Assembly (NCBI GenBank): GCA_038891095.1
Contig: JAWAEV010000001.1
Span: 297,292-361,291, forward strand
Source: Candidatus Altiarchaeota archaeon
GTDB taxonomy: Archaea > Altiarchaeota > Altiarchaeia > IMC4 > QMZM01
Reading direction: 5' to 3'
Length of the DNA: 64,000 bases
The position numbers and the translations under genes were made by a program. Below the pieces are notes generated by a model. That model ran no database searches. It was not told the origin of the DNA and saw only the letters and a list, made by a program, of their open reading frames with translations. Positions 17,085 to 26,992 of this stretch are shown here, piece by piece; within the stretch, counting starts at the first letter, position 1, and every line of letters begins with the position of its first letter.

Positions 17085-18245
17085 TTACACATATTTAAGT
17101 CCTATGTCTGTAGCATGCTCTGTTTTCCCTTCTTCTATCATCTCTTCAAGTTCCTCTTCATATTTTGGAGTTCTAACACCTGAAAGAATGATTAATGTCT
17201 TTATTATATTTCTATCTAAAGAATCATCAATTTGTGCTCCCCAGATTATTGCTGCATTTGGTGATATACTTTCAGAAACGATTCTTACTATTTCCTCTGA
17301 CTCTTCTAGGGTCATATCTCTTGATCCAATAACATTAACTAATGCTCCAGTTGCTGTACTTATATCTGTATCAAGCAATGGGGACTTTAATGCTTTTTCA
17401 ACACTCTCTCTTGAACGATCTTCCATTGGTGTGTCTTTTGTTGATGAACCCATACCAATTAATGCTGTTCCGCCACCTGACATTATTGCTTTAACATCTG
17501 CAAAATCCAAATTTATCAATCCTGGTTTAGTAACCATTTCTGTAATTCCCTTTACAGCATTTGCAAGCAATTCATCAGCAACTTTAAATGCTGCATTTAG
17601 AGGTAAATTTGGTGCAATTTCTAAAAGTCTATCATTTGGGATAACTATTACAGTATCGGTATATTTTCTCAATTTTTTCAGTCCCATGAGAGCATTTCTT
17701 GCTCTAACTCTGCCTTCAACAGTGAAAGGCAAAGTAACAACACCAATTGTTAGAGCATTTTGCTCTTTAGCGATTTCTGCAATTACAGGCAATGCTCCTG
17801 TACCTGTACCCCCACCAAGGCCACAAGTGACAAAAACCATATCTGCTCCTGTTAGAACTTCTGCTATTTTTTTCGCATCTGCTTCTGCACATTTCTCTCC
17901 AATCTCTGGATTATTGCCAGCACCAATTCCACCAGTAATTGAAGCACCAATTAAAATTTTTGTAGGTGTTTTTGTATACAAAAGATCAAGAGCATCTGTA
18001 TTTACCGCAATTACATCACCACCATGAATCCCCATCTCCATTAACCTGTCAAGAGTATTTGAACCTGCGCCACCTGCACCAACAACTTTTATAGCAGTTC
18101 TTATACCTTCAACAATTCTCCTAAGCTCTTCATCAGAGTCACCAAACTTTCTTTCCATTTCTCCTGTTGGATTTAATTTTTTCTTTTCAGTTTTTTCTTC
18201 ATCTAAATTCGCTCTATGAATAGCATTCTGAATAATTGCTTCCAT
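17085..18245 (-). CDS. ftsZ: Cell division GTPase FtsZ (paralog 1)
   Basis: 386 aa. Has the N-terminal GAGGAGSNTLDRL motif and the tubulin/FtsZ signature GLGGGTGTGALPVIAE. Confidence 0.9.
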   Translation of the reverse strand: MEAIIQNAIHRANLDEEKTEKKKLNPTGEMERKFGDSDEELRRIVEGIRTAIKVVGAGGAGSNTLDRLMEMGIHGGDVIAVNTDALDLLYTKTPTKILIGASITGGIGAGNNPEIGEKCAEADAKKIAEVLTGADMVFVTCGLGGGTGTGALPVIAEIAKEQNALTIGVVTLPFTVEGRVRARNALMGLKKLRKYTDTVIVIPNDRLLEIAPNLPLNAAFKVADELLANAVKGITEMVTKPGLINLDFADVKAIMSGGGTALIGMGSSTKDTPMEDRSRESVEKALKSPLLDTDISTATGALVNVIGSRDMTLEESEEIVRIVSESISPNAAIIWGAQIDDSLDRNIIKTLIILSGVRTPKYEEELEEMIEEGKTEHATDIGLKYV

Positions 18246-18325
18246 TTTAAATCACCTTTTAAATTCTTAAACAGAAAAATTTATAGAATATAATATTGAT
18301 TGCGGGTATAAAAAGTATAAAATTA

Positions 18326-19240
18326 TTAAAATCCTTTGGATGCTAAATCCAAAAGTATCTGCAATTTTTTCTTTGTTGTTTCTTGGATAAATTGCAATTC
18401 TTTCTCTTTTCTTTCAGGTCTAAAAAGATGTCTATATCTGCCCTGAATTTTCAAGTAATCTTCAACCGGTTTTAAATTTTCAATACTTGTTGGTAGATTT
18501 ACAAAATGTTTTCCATTTATAATTTCATATAAAGGAAAAACTCCTGTGAGAACAGCTAACTTTGCTATTTCAACAGTTTTTTCTGTAGGATAACGCCAAC
18601 CAGTTGGGCATGGAGCAAAAAGATTTATAAAAGTTGGTCCTTTTGTTTCAACTGCTTTTCTTATTTTTTTAAATGCATCTAATGGAAAAGCAATTGATGC
18701 CTGAGCTAAATATGCTGAGTTATGCGCTGCCAATATGTGCATTATGTCCTTCTTACATTGCTCTTTTCCTATGGAAAATTTTCCTGCAGGGGAAGTTGTT
18801 GTTGATGCAGCAAAAGGTGTCGCACTACTGCGCTGTACGCCTGTATTCATATAAGCTTCGTTCTCATAACAGATATAGCAAAAATTATGGCCTCTTTCAA
18901 ATGCTCCTGAAAGATGCCCAAAGCCTATATCATAAGTAGCTCCATCACCACCTATAGCAATAACTTTCACATCTTCTTTTCCCTTAAATTTTAAAGCTTC
19001 AGAAATTCCTGATGCTATTGCTGCAGCATTTTCAAAAGCACCGTGAATCCATGGTAATTTCCATGATGTTTCTGGATATGGAGTTGATACAACTTCCATA
19101 CAACCAGTTGCTTCGACTAAGATAGAATTCTTTCCTGCTGCTTTTGTTATTAGCCTAAGTGCTATTGCTGCTCCACATCCAGAACATGCTCTATGCCCTG
19201 AAACAAAATATTCCTCTTCTGGTAAGCTAAATATTGCCAT
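18326..19240 (-). CDS. porB: Pyruvate:ferredoxin (2-oxoacid) oxidoreductase beta subunit
   Basis: 304 aa. TPP-binding motifs CSGCGAAIALR and IGGDGATYDIGFG. Last gene of the por operon. Confidence 0.85.
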   Translation of the reverse strand: MAIFSLPEEEYFVSGHRACSGCGAAIALRLITKAAGKNSILVEATGCMEVVSTPYPETSWKLPWIHGAFENAAAIASGISEALKFKGKEDVKVIAIGGDGATYDIGFGHLSGAFERGHNFCYICYENEAYMNTGVQRSSATPFAASTTTSPAGKFSIGKEQCKKDIMHILAAHNSAYLAQASIAFPLDAFKKIRKAVETKGPTFINLFAPCPTGWRYPTEKTVEIAKLAVLTGVFPLYEIINGKHFVNLPTSIENLKPVEDYLKIQGRYRHLFRPERKEKELQFIQETTKKKLQILLDLASKGF

Positions 19241-19249
19241 TTTAGAATA

Positions 19250-20419
19250 TTAGAATATCCACTCTTGCTTTTTTACTTTTCCTTCCTTTACTAATTTATA
19301 AATTTTTTCTATATTCCCAAAGGTTATATCTCTACCACCTAAGCCAACTATAAAACTGCTTATTTCTGGTTTTTTTTCATTATAAAAAGCAGACCTTATT
19401 TCATCAAATACCGGAGAATTTGCACCTAAGGAAATTGCTCTTTCAATTACAGCAATTTTTTCCATATCTTTTAAATTTTTAACTATTTCTTCCTTTGGAA
19501 ATGGTCTATAGCATAATATCTTCAAAAGCCCTACTTTCTCACCCTTCTCGCGAAATTTATCTATCATGAATTTTAAAGTTCCGCATAAAGAGCCAAGAGC
19601 AACAAATGCAACTTTAGAATCTTCAAGTTTATATGCTTCAACAACATCATAATTTTTTGGCCTTGAATTTTCTATCTTAACTGGAAATTTTTCTGAAAAT
19701 TCTTTAAAGACTTCTTTTATTTTTGTTATAGAATTTTCAATAGCCTTTTGTTGAGAATATTTTATCTCCATAAAATGTGAAGGAAAAGCTATTGGTCCAA
19801 AAGTCATTGGTTTATCAGGATCAAGATATATTTCTGCTTTATATTCTGGTAGAAATTCATCTATTTCCTCTTGTGCAGGGATAAACACTGGCTCATAAAC
19901 ATGCGAAAGTGTAAATCCATCTATACAAACCATTGAAGGTAGCAAAATATCTTTGCTCTCAGAAATTTTATATTGCATTATTGTAAGGTCAAAAGCCTCT
20001 TGTGAAGTTTCAGCATAAAATTGTAACCAGCCAGAATCTCTTACAGAAATAGAATCCTGGTGGTCACCCCAAATATTTATCGGTGCTGATAAAGCTCTAT
20101 TTGCAACTGTCATTCCAATTGGTAAACGCAATCCTGAAACAACAAAAAGAACCTCAAACATTAATGCCAATCCTTGTGAAGATGTAGAAGTGTAAGTTCT
20201 TACTCCTGTAGCTTCTGCACCTAAACAAGCAGATAATGCCGAGAATTCTGACTCAACATTTATATATTTTGCATTAATTTCATGATTTGCAACCATCTCT
20301 GAAAGTCTTTCAACGATATGAGTCTGCGGTGTTATAGGATAAGCTGCAATAACCCCTGGTTTTATCATCTTAACTGCTTCTGCTATAGCATGTGAAGTTT
20401 CCAAAATTTTTTTAGTCAT
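19250..20419 (-). CDS. porA: Pyruvate:ferredoxin oxidoreductase alpha subunit
   Basis: Start taken at MTKKILETSHAIAEAV (ATG at 20419), forming an ATGA overlap with the porD stop. GVIAAYPITPQT is the classic PorA N-terminus. Confidence 0.85.
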   Translation of the reverse strand: MTKKILETSHAIAEAVKMIKPGVIAAYPITPQTHIVERLSEMVANHEINAKYINVESEFSALSACLGAEATGVRTYTSTSSQGLALMFEVLFVVSGLRLPIGMTVANRALSAPINIWGDHQDSISVRDSGWLQFYAETSQEAFDLTIMQYKISESKDILLPSMVCIDGFTLSHVYEPVFIPAQEEIDEFLPEYKAEIYLDPDKPMTFGPIAFPSHFMEIKYSQQKAIENSITKIKEVFKEFSEKFPVKIENSRPKNYDVVEAYKLEDSKVAFVALGSLCGTLKFMIDKFREKGEKVGLLKILCYRPFPKEEIVKNLKDMEKIAVIERAISLGANSPVFDEIRSAFYNEKKPEISSFIVGLGGRDITFGNIEKIYKLVKEGKVKKQEWIF

Positions 20420-20718
20420 TTTTTCTCTTTTATCATAGTTATTGCTTTTTTTGGACACTCATTTGCACAAATTCCACAACCTTTACAATAATCTAAATTT
20501 GCATCGAATTTCCCATTATTTTTTTTGAAAATACAACCCTCGGGACAAAAAACCCAACAAAGACCGCAAGATATGCATTTATCAAAATCAAAAACAGGTC
20601 TATATGCTCTCCATGCTCCTGTTTTTGTTATCACTGTTGAACCATTACTTTCCAAAATTCCAGCAAGTGTTATTTCTTTTTCATTAACATTTATCTTTAT
20701 TTTTTCAAATTCAGTCAT
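20416..20718 (-). CDS. porD: Pyruvate:ferredoxin oxidoreductase delta subunit (2x[4Fe-4S] ferredoxin)
   Basis: 100 aa. Two CxxCxxCxxxCP motifs (CISCGLCWVFCPEGC, CKGCGICANECP). Confidence 0.8.
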   Translation of the reverse strand: MTEFEKIKINVNEKEITLAGILESNGSTVITKTGAWRAYRPVFDFDKCISCGLCWVFCPEGCIFKKNNGKFDANLDYCKGCGICANECPKKAITMIKEKK

Positions 20719-21259
20719 TTTTAGATTTTATAGCTTTCTCATAAGTTTTTTCAACTAATAAAATATTTTTATTTGCAATCTCTTCTGGAAATTGTTCTTT
20801 AATAGCTTTACAAATTGATTCTTTACTTACTAAATTTGTAAAAGCAGAAAATGCTCCTAAAATTCCTGTGTTTACTATATCTGCACCTAAAATTTCTAAT
20901 GCTGAAGAGGAGACATCAACTGTAAAAATTTTTACATTTATATTTTTAAATTCGCTTGGCTTTTTTTCTGTGTTTATTATTGCCATACCATTTTCTTTTA
21001 AGCCTTCAAATATATTTGATACATAAAACAAAGTTGGGTCCATAACAACCAATATGTCTGGCTCATAAACTGCTGTTCTCTCTTTTATAAATTTGTCAGA
21101 AATTCTTGTGAAAGCCTGTACTGGAGCACCTCGTCTTTCAACACCAAATATTGGAAATGCCTGTGAAAATTTACCATCATAGAATGCTGCTATTGCTAAG
21201 ATTGTTGCAGCAGTAACAGCACCCTGACCACCTCTACCATGAAACCTTATCTCTTTCAA
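20711..21259 (-). CDS. porG: Pyruvate:ferredoxin oxidoreductase gamma subunit; probable TTG start
   Basis: The conserved PorG N-terminus (M)KEIRFHGRGGQGAVTAA begins at an in-frame TTG at 21259. The longer ATG-initiated ORF adds a hydrophobic non-homologous leader and would collide with the divergent rpl35ae start. Confidence 0.7.
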   Translation of the reverse strand: MKEIRFHGRGGQGAVTAATILAIAAFYDGKFSQAFPIFGVERRGAPVQAFTRISDKFIKERTAVYEPDILVVMDPTLFYVSNIFEGLKENGMAIINTEKKPSEFKNINVKIFTVDVSSSALEILGADIVNTGILGAFSAFTNLVSKESICKAIKEQFPEEIANKNILLVEKTYEKAIKSKND

Positions 21260-21329
21260 TTTTTTATGATTGAATATTAATATGATTTTAAGTTTAAGTT
21301 TAAGCATATATGTAAAGTACAGAAGAAAA

Positions 21330-21593
21330 ATGATAGGCATTATAGCAAATTATCGTGGGAGTAAAAGAACTCAACATAAAAGTCAGATTATTGTAATTCC
21401 AGAAGGGATAACAAAAAGGGAAGATGCTAAAAAACTCTTAGGTAAAAGAGTTGAATGGATAAGTAAAACAGGTAAAAAAATTTCAGGAAAAATTTTAAGA
21501 GTTCATGGTAATAGAGGTGCAGTAATAGTGAAATTTGAAAGAGGACTTCCAGGACAAGCATTAACAACAAGTGTAGAAATTTTTGATAAATAA
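21330..21593 (+). CDS. rpl35ae: 50S ribosomal protein L35Ae
   Basis: About 87 aa from MIGIIANYRGSKRTQH. IVIPEGI...GKKISGKILRVHGNRGAVIVKFERGLPGQA matches the L35Ae beta-barrel family. Confidence 0.8.
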   Translation: MIGIIANYRGSKRTQHKSQIIVIPEGITKREDAKKLLGKRVEWISKTGKKISGKILRVHGNRGAVIVKFERGLPGQALTTSVEIFDK

Positions 21594-21594
21594 T

Positions 21595-21728
21595 GCCGCT
21601 GTAGCGCAGACTGGGAGCGCAATCGGCTGAAGACCGCAAAATTCAAAAAATTTTTAAAGTTGCAGAATAATTCTTTTCCATTGCGGTCTGTTACCGATGT
21701 GTCGTGGGTTCAAATCCCACCGGCGGCA
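21595..21728 (+). tRNA. tRNA-Phe (anticodon GAA) interrupted by a ~60-nt intron at the canonical 37/38 position
   Basis: Hand fold. Acceptor GCCGCTG pairs with CGGCGGC (one G-U), discriminator A. D-arm GCGC-AGACTGGGA-GCGC. Anticodon stem ATCGG with loop CTGAAGA. The 3' half of the stem (CCGAT) occurs only after a ~60-nt insert whose ends GACCGCAA and TTGCGGTC are exact reverse complements, forming a BHB-type helix. T-arm GTGGG-TTCAAAT-CCCAC. Confidence 0.75.
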
Positions 21729-21834
21729 TTTTTCTAATTTAGAGTTAAAGATTTAGCTATAAGAATGCTGCGTCTCCTTCTGCATTTTTATTTAATTTAT
21801 AAAACTGAAATGTAATTTTTAACAATTTGGAAAA

Positions 21835-23157
21835 ATGAAAAAGAAGGTTTTAATTTTAGGAGCTGCTGGAATGGATTACCATGTGTTTAATACTGTTTTT
21901 CGTGATAATCCTAACTATGAAGTTGTTGGATTTACAATGGCTGCAGAGCAAAATCTTGGAACTGTTGGAGAGCTGAGAAATTATCCAAAAGAGTTAGCTG
22001 GTAAATTATATCCTAATGGAATACCCACTTATAGAGAGGAGGATATGGAGAAAGTTATAAAAGAAAAAAATGTAGATATGGTTGTGCTTGCTTATTCTGA
22101 TATTTCTCATAACTATGTTATGCATTTAGCTTCAAGGGCATTAGCAAGTGGTTCTGACTTTAAGTTAATTGGCACAAAACATGCAATGCTAAAATCAAAA
22201 AAGCCCATTGTCGCAGTTTGTGCTGTTCGTACAGGTTGTGGTAAAAGCCAATTTTCACAAAAAATTACTGAAATTTTAAAGAAAGAATTTGGTAAGAAGG
22301 TTGTTGCCATTAGAGAGCCAATGCCGTATGGAAATTTAATTGAACAGAAATGTATGAGATTTTCATCTTATGAAGATTTAGATAAGTATAAATGCACAAT
22401 TGAAGAGAGAGAAGAATATGAGGCATATATTGAAAAAGGCTTAACAATTTATAGTGGAGTTGACTATGGAGAAATTTTGAAAGAAGCTGAAAAAGAAGCT
22501 GAAATTATTGTTTGGGATGGTGGTAATAATGAAATTTCATTTTATGTTCCAAATTTACAGATTGTAATTGCTGATCCACATCGCGCAGGACATGAGTTGC
22601 TTTATCACCCTGGTGAAGTAAATGCAAGAATTGCAAATGTTGTTATTATAAACAAAGTTAATACTGCTAAAAAAGAGAATGTTAAAATTGTTAAGGAGAA
22701 TATAAGAAAGATTAATCCAAGAGCTGAAATTATTGAGGCTTCTTCTGTTGTGAAAGTAGAACAACCTGAGAAGGTAAAAGGTAAAAAAGTTCTGGTTATT
22801 GAGGATGGGCCAACTTTAACTCATGGAGATATGCCCTATGGAGCAGCAACAGTTGCAGCAAGAGAACTTAACTGCGAGATAGTTGATCCAAGAGAAAATG
22901 CAGTTGGCTCAATAAAAGAAACTTATAAAAATTTCCCACATCTTGATAAGATATTACCAGCAATGGGGTATAGCAAAGAGCAAATGAAAGAGCTTGAAGA
23001 TACCATAAATAAAACTGAATGTGATTTTGTTCTTGTTGGAACTCCAATAAATTTATCAAAATTACTTAAGATTAATAAACCTGCTGTAAGAGTTAGGTAT
23101 GGCCCAGATGAAAAAACAGTAGATAGATTGAGAGAAATTCTTAAAAGAGTCATATAG
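21835..23157 (+). CDS. P-loop protein of the cyclic 2,3-diphosphoglycerate synthetase-like / COG2403 'predicted GTPase' family (tentative)
   Basis: 440 aa. N-terminal Rossmann-like LILGAAGMDYH, central P-loop AVRTGCGKSQ, C-terminal VLVIEDGPTLTHG. Family assignment from memory, not verified. Confidence 0.35.
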   Translation: MKKKVLILGAAGMDYHVFNTVFRDNPNYEVVGFTMAAEQNLGTVGELRNYPKELAGKLYPNGIPTYREEDMEKVIKEKNVDMVVLAYSDISHNYVMHLASRALASGSDFKLIGTKHAMLKSKKPIVAVCAVRTGCGKSQFSQKITEILKKEFGKKVVAIREPMPYGNLIEQKCMRFSSYEDLDKYKCTIEEREEYEAYIEKGLTIYSGVDYGEILKEAEKEAEIIVWDGGNNEISFYVPNLQIVIADPHRAGHELLYHPGEVNARIANVVIINKVNTAKKENVKIVKENIRKINPRAEIIEASSVVKVEQPEKVKGKKVLVIEDGPTLTHGDMPYGAATVAARELNCEIVDPRENAVGSIKETYKNFPHLDKILPAMGYSKEQMKELEDTINKTECDFVLVGTPINLSKLLKINKPAVRVRYGPDEKTVDRLREILKRVI

Positions 23158-23255
23158 CTGTAATTTATATACATCCAAACCCATTAATATTATACACTGA
23201 AGTTAATGCTGAAAATATAACTAAAAATTCTTTATTTTAAATGAGGTGACTCCTT

Positions 23256-23801
23256 ATGCTCAAGAAAAAAAGCAAGAAAGAGGATCTAATGCACTTATCA
23301 AAAGTTGATGAAAAATCTAAAGAGAAAACTGATGAAAAAAATTTGGAGGAAAAGTTAAAGGAGTGTGAAGATCAGCTACTTAGACTAAGGGCAGAATTTG
23401 AAAATTATAAAAAACAGCTTGATACACAATACATGGAAAATGTAAAAAATGCAAATGCTTCCCTAATAAAAGAAATTTTGCCAGTTATTGATGAATTTGA
23501 AATTGCAATTGAAAATATAAGGAAAAAGGATGAAAAAACCGCAGAGGGTATTGAATTGATCTACAAAAAAATGATGAAAATTCTCGAGCAAAATGGTTTA
23601 AAAGCAATTGACTCTGTTGGAAAAAAATTTGATCCTTACTACCATGAGGTATTAATGAATGAAAATTCAGAAAAGGAAGATGGCATAATTCTTGAGGAAT
23701 TCCAGAAAGGTTATCTATTTAATGGAAAAGTTATAAGACATTCTAAGGTTAAAATTTCTTGTCATATAGAGGATCAAAAAGGAGGTAATAAAAATGGCTG
23801 A
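23256..23801 (+). CDS. grpE: Nucleotide exchange factor GrpE
   Basis: 181 aa. [13 protein letters not shown] signature and coiled-coil N-terminus. GGTGA Shine-Dalgarno 8 nt upstream. Confidence 0.85.
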   Translation: MLKKKSKKEDLMHLSKVDEKSKEKTDEKNLEEKLKECEDQLLRLRAEFENYKKQLDTQYMENVKNANASLIKEILPVIDEFEIAIENIRKKDEKTAEGIELIYKKMMKILEQNGLKAIDSVGKKFDPYYHEVLMNENSEKEDGIILEEFQKGYLFNGKVIRHSKVKISCHIEDQKGGNKNG

Positions 23802-25659
23802 AAAAATTAAAAAAGAAAAGATTATTGGTATCGATTTAGGGACATCGAACTCTCAAGCAGCAGTTATTTTAGGTGGAAAACCAACGATAATACCATCAGC
23901 TGAAGGAGCAACTTATGCTGGGAAAATGTTTCCTTCTGTTGTTGCATTTACAAAAGATGGTCAAATTTTAGTTGGTGAACCAGCGAGAAGACAAGCAGTT
24001 AGTAATCCTGAAGGCACTGTAACTGAAGCAAAAAGAAAGATGGGTCAGGATTACAAATACAAAATTTTTGGTAAAGAGTATACACCACAACAAATTTCTG
24101 CATTTATTCTACAAAAGATAAAAACTGATGCTGAGACATTTCTTGGAGAAAAAATTAGAAAAGCAGTAATAACAGTTCCTGCATATTTCAATGACAACCA
24201 AAGGCAAGCAACAAAAGATGCTGGAGCAATAGCTGGCTTGGAGGTTGTTCGTATCATCAACGAGCCTACTGCTGCATCTCTTGCATATGGAATTGATAAA
24301 GCTGAAGAAGAACATAAAATTCTTGTTTTTGATTTAGGTGGTGGTACACTTGATGTAACAATTCTTGAGTTTGGGAATGGTGTTTTTGAAGTGAAAGCAA
24401 CTTCTGGGGATACACAATTAGGTGGCACAGATATGGATAGAGTACTCATGAAATGGCTAACAAGTGAATTTGAAAAAGAAACAGGAATTGATCTGAGTAA
24501 GGATAAAGTTGCAATTCAGCGTGTTAAAGAAGCTGTTGAAAAAGCAAAAATAGAGTTATCAACTGTTATGGAAACTGAGATAAATTTACCATATATAACT
24601 GCTGATGCTTCTGGGCCAAAACACTTAATTAAGAAACTAACAAGAGCAAAATTAGAGGAGCTGGTAATGCCAATTATCGAACGCTGCAAAAAACCAATGG
24701 AACAAGCATTGAAAGATGCAAAATTAAGTAAGGAGGAAATAACTAAGGTAATTCTTGTAGGAGGTCCAACAAGAATGCCAATAGTTCAAAAATTTGTTGA
24801 GGATTTTATTGGCAAGAAAGTTGAAAGAGGGGTTGATCCAATGGAATGTGTTGCTATTGGAGCTGCAATTCAGGGTGGTGTTCTTGCAGGTGAAGTTAAA
24901 GATATAGTTCTTTTAGATGTCACACCTTTAACATTAGGTGTTGAAACCCTAGGTGGAATTGCAACTCCTTTAATTCCAAGGAATACGACCATACCAACAA
25001 GAAAATCCCAAATTTTTACAACTGCTGAAGATTTTCAAACAGCAGTTACAATCCATGTCGTTCAAGGTGAAAGACCTCTAGCTAAGGATAATACATCCTT
25101 AGGACAATTTAATTTAGTTGGGATTCCACCAGCTCCAAGAGGTGTTCCACAAATAGAAGTAACATTTGATATTGATGCGAATGGAATTTTGAATGTAACT
25201 GCAAAGGATTTAGGAACTGGAAAAGAGCAAAAGATAACTATAACAGCATCGACAAAACTTTCAAAAGATGAAATAGAAAGGATGATAAAAGAGGCAGAAA
25301 AATATGCTGAAGAGGACAGGAAGAGAAAGGAGATAATTGAAACTAAAAATAATGCAGAGTCATTAATTTATGCAACAGAGAAGACACTATCAGAATTTTC
25401 AGATAAAATTTCTAAAGAACAAAAAGAAAGCATAAATGAGAGGATTAAAGAGCTGAAGGATGCTATCTCTAAGGACAATATAGGTGAGATAAAGAAGAAA
25501 ATGGATGAATTAAGTAAAGAGGTGCAAAGAGTTGGAGCAAGTATATATCAACAAGTACAACAAACAAAAGAATCACAAAAACAAGAAGTAGATGATGGAA
25601 AAGAAAAAGAAAAAAATGTTGTTGATGCAGAATATGAAGTTGAAGATGAAAAAAAGTAA
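23794..25659 (+). CDS. dnaK: Molecular chaperone DnaK (Hsp70)
   Basis: 621 aa. Has [22 protein letters not shown] and [11 protein letters not shown]. Confidence 0.95.
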   Translation: MAEKIKKEKIIGIDLGTSNSQAAVILGGKPTIIPSAEGATYAGKMFPSVVAFTKDGQILVGEPARRQAVSNPEGTVTEAKRKMGQDYKYKIFGKEYTPQQISAFILQKIKTDAETFLGEKIRKAVITVPAYFNDNQRQATKDAGAIAGLEVVRIINEPTAASLAYGIDKAEEEHKILVFDLGGGTLDVTILEFGNGVFEVKATSGDTQLGGTDMDRVLMKWLTSEFEKETGIDLSKDKVAIQRVKEAVEKAKIELSTVMETEINLPYITADASGPKHLIKKLTRAKLEELVMPIIERCKKPMEQALKDAKLSKEEITKVILVGGPTRMPIVQKFVEDFIGKKVERGVDPMECVAIGAAIQGGVLAGEVKDIVLLDVTPLTLGVETLGGIATPLIPRNTTIPTRKSQIFTTAEDFQTAVTIHVVQGERPLAKDNTSLGQFNLVGIPPAPRGVPQIEVTFDIDANGILNVTAKDLGTGKEQKITITASTKLSKDEIERMIKEAEKYAEEDRKRKEIIETKNNAESLIYATEKTLSEFSDKISKEQKESINERIKELKDAISKDNIGEIKKKMDELSKEVQRVGASIYQQVQQTKESQKQEVDDGKEKEKNVVDAEYEVEDEKK

Positions 25660-25670
25660 AAATTTGAAGA

Positions 25671-26798
25671 ATGGTAAAAAGGGATTACTATGAAATTCTT
25701 GGAGTTAGGAGAAATGCAACCACTGATGAAATAAAAAAAGCTTATAGAGAACTTGCAAAGAAGTATCATCCTGATGTTAACAAAAATCCTGATGCTGAGG
25801 AAAAATTTAAAGAAATTTCTGAAGCTTATGAGGTTCTTTCTGATGAAAATAAAAGAAGGCAATATGATATTTATGGTCATTCTGTTACAGAAGATTTCTT
25901 TGGCAAGGGTGGATTTTCATGGGAAAATTTCACACATTTTTCTGATATTGAAGATATCTTTGGTGAGGATATTTTTGATATGTTCTTTGGAGGTTTTGGA
26001 AGTAGATTTAAGAGAGATAGCAAAAGAAAAGGTAGAGATTTAAGATATGACTTAGAGATAAGTCTTGAAGATGCCGCCTCTGGAGTAAAAACTGAGATAA
26101 ATGTTCCAAGAACTGAAATTTGTAAAGCATGTAATGGCACAGGTGCAAGTTCTTTAGAAAAGATAAAAACATGTCCAAAATGTAATGGAACTGGCCAAGA
26201 AAAACATGAAAGAAGAACGCCATTTGGATTTTTTTCATCAATAACTCTATGTAATAGATGTGGTGGTGAAGGTAAAATAATTGAAGAAGCTTGTAAAATT
26301 TGTGATGGCTCAGGAAGAGTGCAAAAAACAAGAAAAATAATGGTAAAAATTCCTGCAGGTGTTGATTCTGGCTCAAGATTGAGAATTCCAAATGAAGGCG
26401 AGCCCGGTTATAAAGGCGGACCAAATGGTGATTTATACATTGTAATTCATGTAATGCCACATGAATTTTTCAAAAGGGATAATGATAACTTAATATGTGA
26501 AGTGCCTTTGACATTCTCGCAAGCAGCACTTGGGGATGAAATAGAGGTACCAACACTAAAGAAAAAAATTAAGGTTAAAATTCCATCAGGCACACAAACA
26601 GGGACAATTTTTAGGTTAAGAGGCGAAGGAATGCCAAATATTGAAACTAAAGAAAAAGGAGATTTACTTGTCAAGGTAAGGGTTGAAACACCAAGAAAAC
26701 TTAGCAAAGAAGAGAGAGAAATCTTCGAAAGACTAAGAGAAATTGAGAAAAAAAGTAGAAAAGATTTTTTCAGTAAATTTAAAGAGAAATTTTTTTAA
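25671..26798 (+). CDS. dnaJ: Co-chaperone DnaJ (Hsp40)
   Basis: 375 aa. J-domain DYYEILGV...YHPDVNK, Gly/Phe region, and four CxxCxGxG zinc-finger repeats. Confidence 0.9.
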   Translation: MVKRDYYEILGVRRNATTDEIKKAYRELAKKYHPDVNKNPDAEEKFKEISEAYEVLSDENKRRQYDIYGHSVTEDFFGKGGFSWENFTHFSDIEDIFGEDIFDMFFGGFGSRFKRDSKRKGRDLRYDLEISLEDAASGVKTEINVPRTEICKACNGTGASSLEKIKTCPKCNGTGQEKHERRTPFGFFSSITLCNRCGGEGKIIEEACKICDGSGRVQKTRKIMVKIPAGVDSGSRLRIPNEGEPGYKGGPNGDLYIVIHVMPHEFFKRDNDNLICEVPLTFSQAALGDEIEVPTLKKKIKVKIPSGTQTGTIFRLRGEGMPNIETKEKGDLLVKVRVETPRKLSKEEREIFERLREIEKKSRKDFFSKFKEKFF

Positions 26799-26827
26799 CT
26801 TTTAACTTTAAAATTTAATTTTTTTAT

Positions 26828-26992
26828 ATGCTAAAACATCCAAGTATAAGGGGGGAGATAGAAAAAGACAACACTGACAGAATTATTCTGATTACTGCAG
26901 CGATTTTGATATTTTTTGTTTTCTTAATATGGTTTTTCTTTGGCTACAAATATGTTTGGATTCCATCAGAGCAAAGCTTCAGTTCAATTTAG
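26828..26992 (+). CDS. Small (54 aa) single-TM membrane protein (tentative)
   Basis: ATG-initiated ORF, MLKHPSIRGEIEKDNTDRIILITAAILIFFVFLIWFFFGYKYVWIPSEQSFSSI. Not in the supplied track because it is under 60 aa. Its 3' end overlaps the padR stop by 9 nt. Confidence 0.25.
   Translation: MLKHPSIRGEIEKDNTDRIILITAAILIFFVFLIWFFFGYKYVWIPSEQSFSSI

Noticed and set aside
17104-18027. Long antisense ORFs embedded in well-supported genes. Examples: 17104-18027 within ftsZ, 15595-16020 within rpl11, 36470-37084 within nnr, 38210-38719 within cdc48, 7716-8405 within the AMP phosphorylase gene, 24051-24449 within dnaK, 26008-26460 within dnaJ.
   Set aside because: They are low-complexity (Ser/Phe/Ile-rich) shadow frames opposite genes with unambiguous conserved motifs. 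No independent motif or signal supports them.
21270-21329. The longer 107-aa form of rpl35ae starting at 21270.
   Set aside because: The extension (MNINMILSLSLSIYVKYRRK) is non-conserved, and the L35Ae family begins at MIGIIANYRG.
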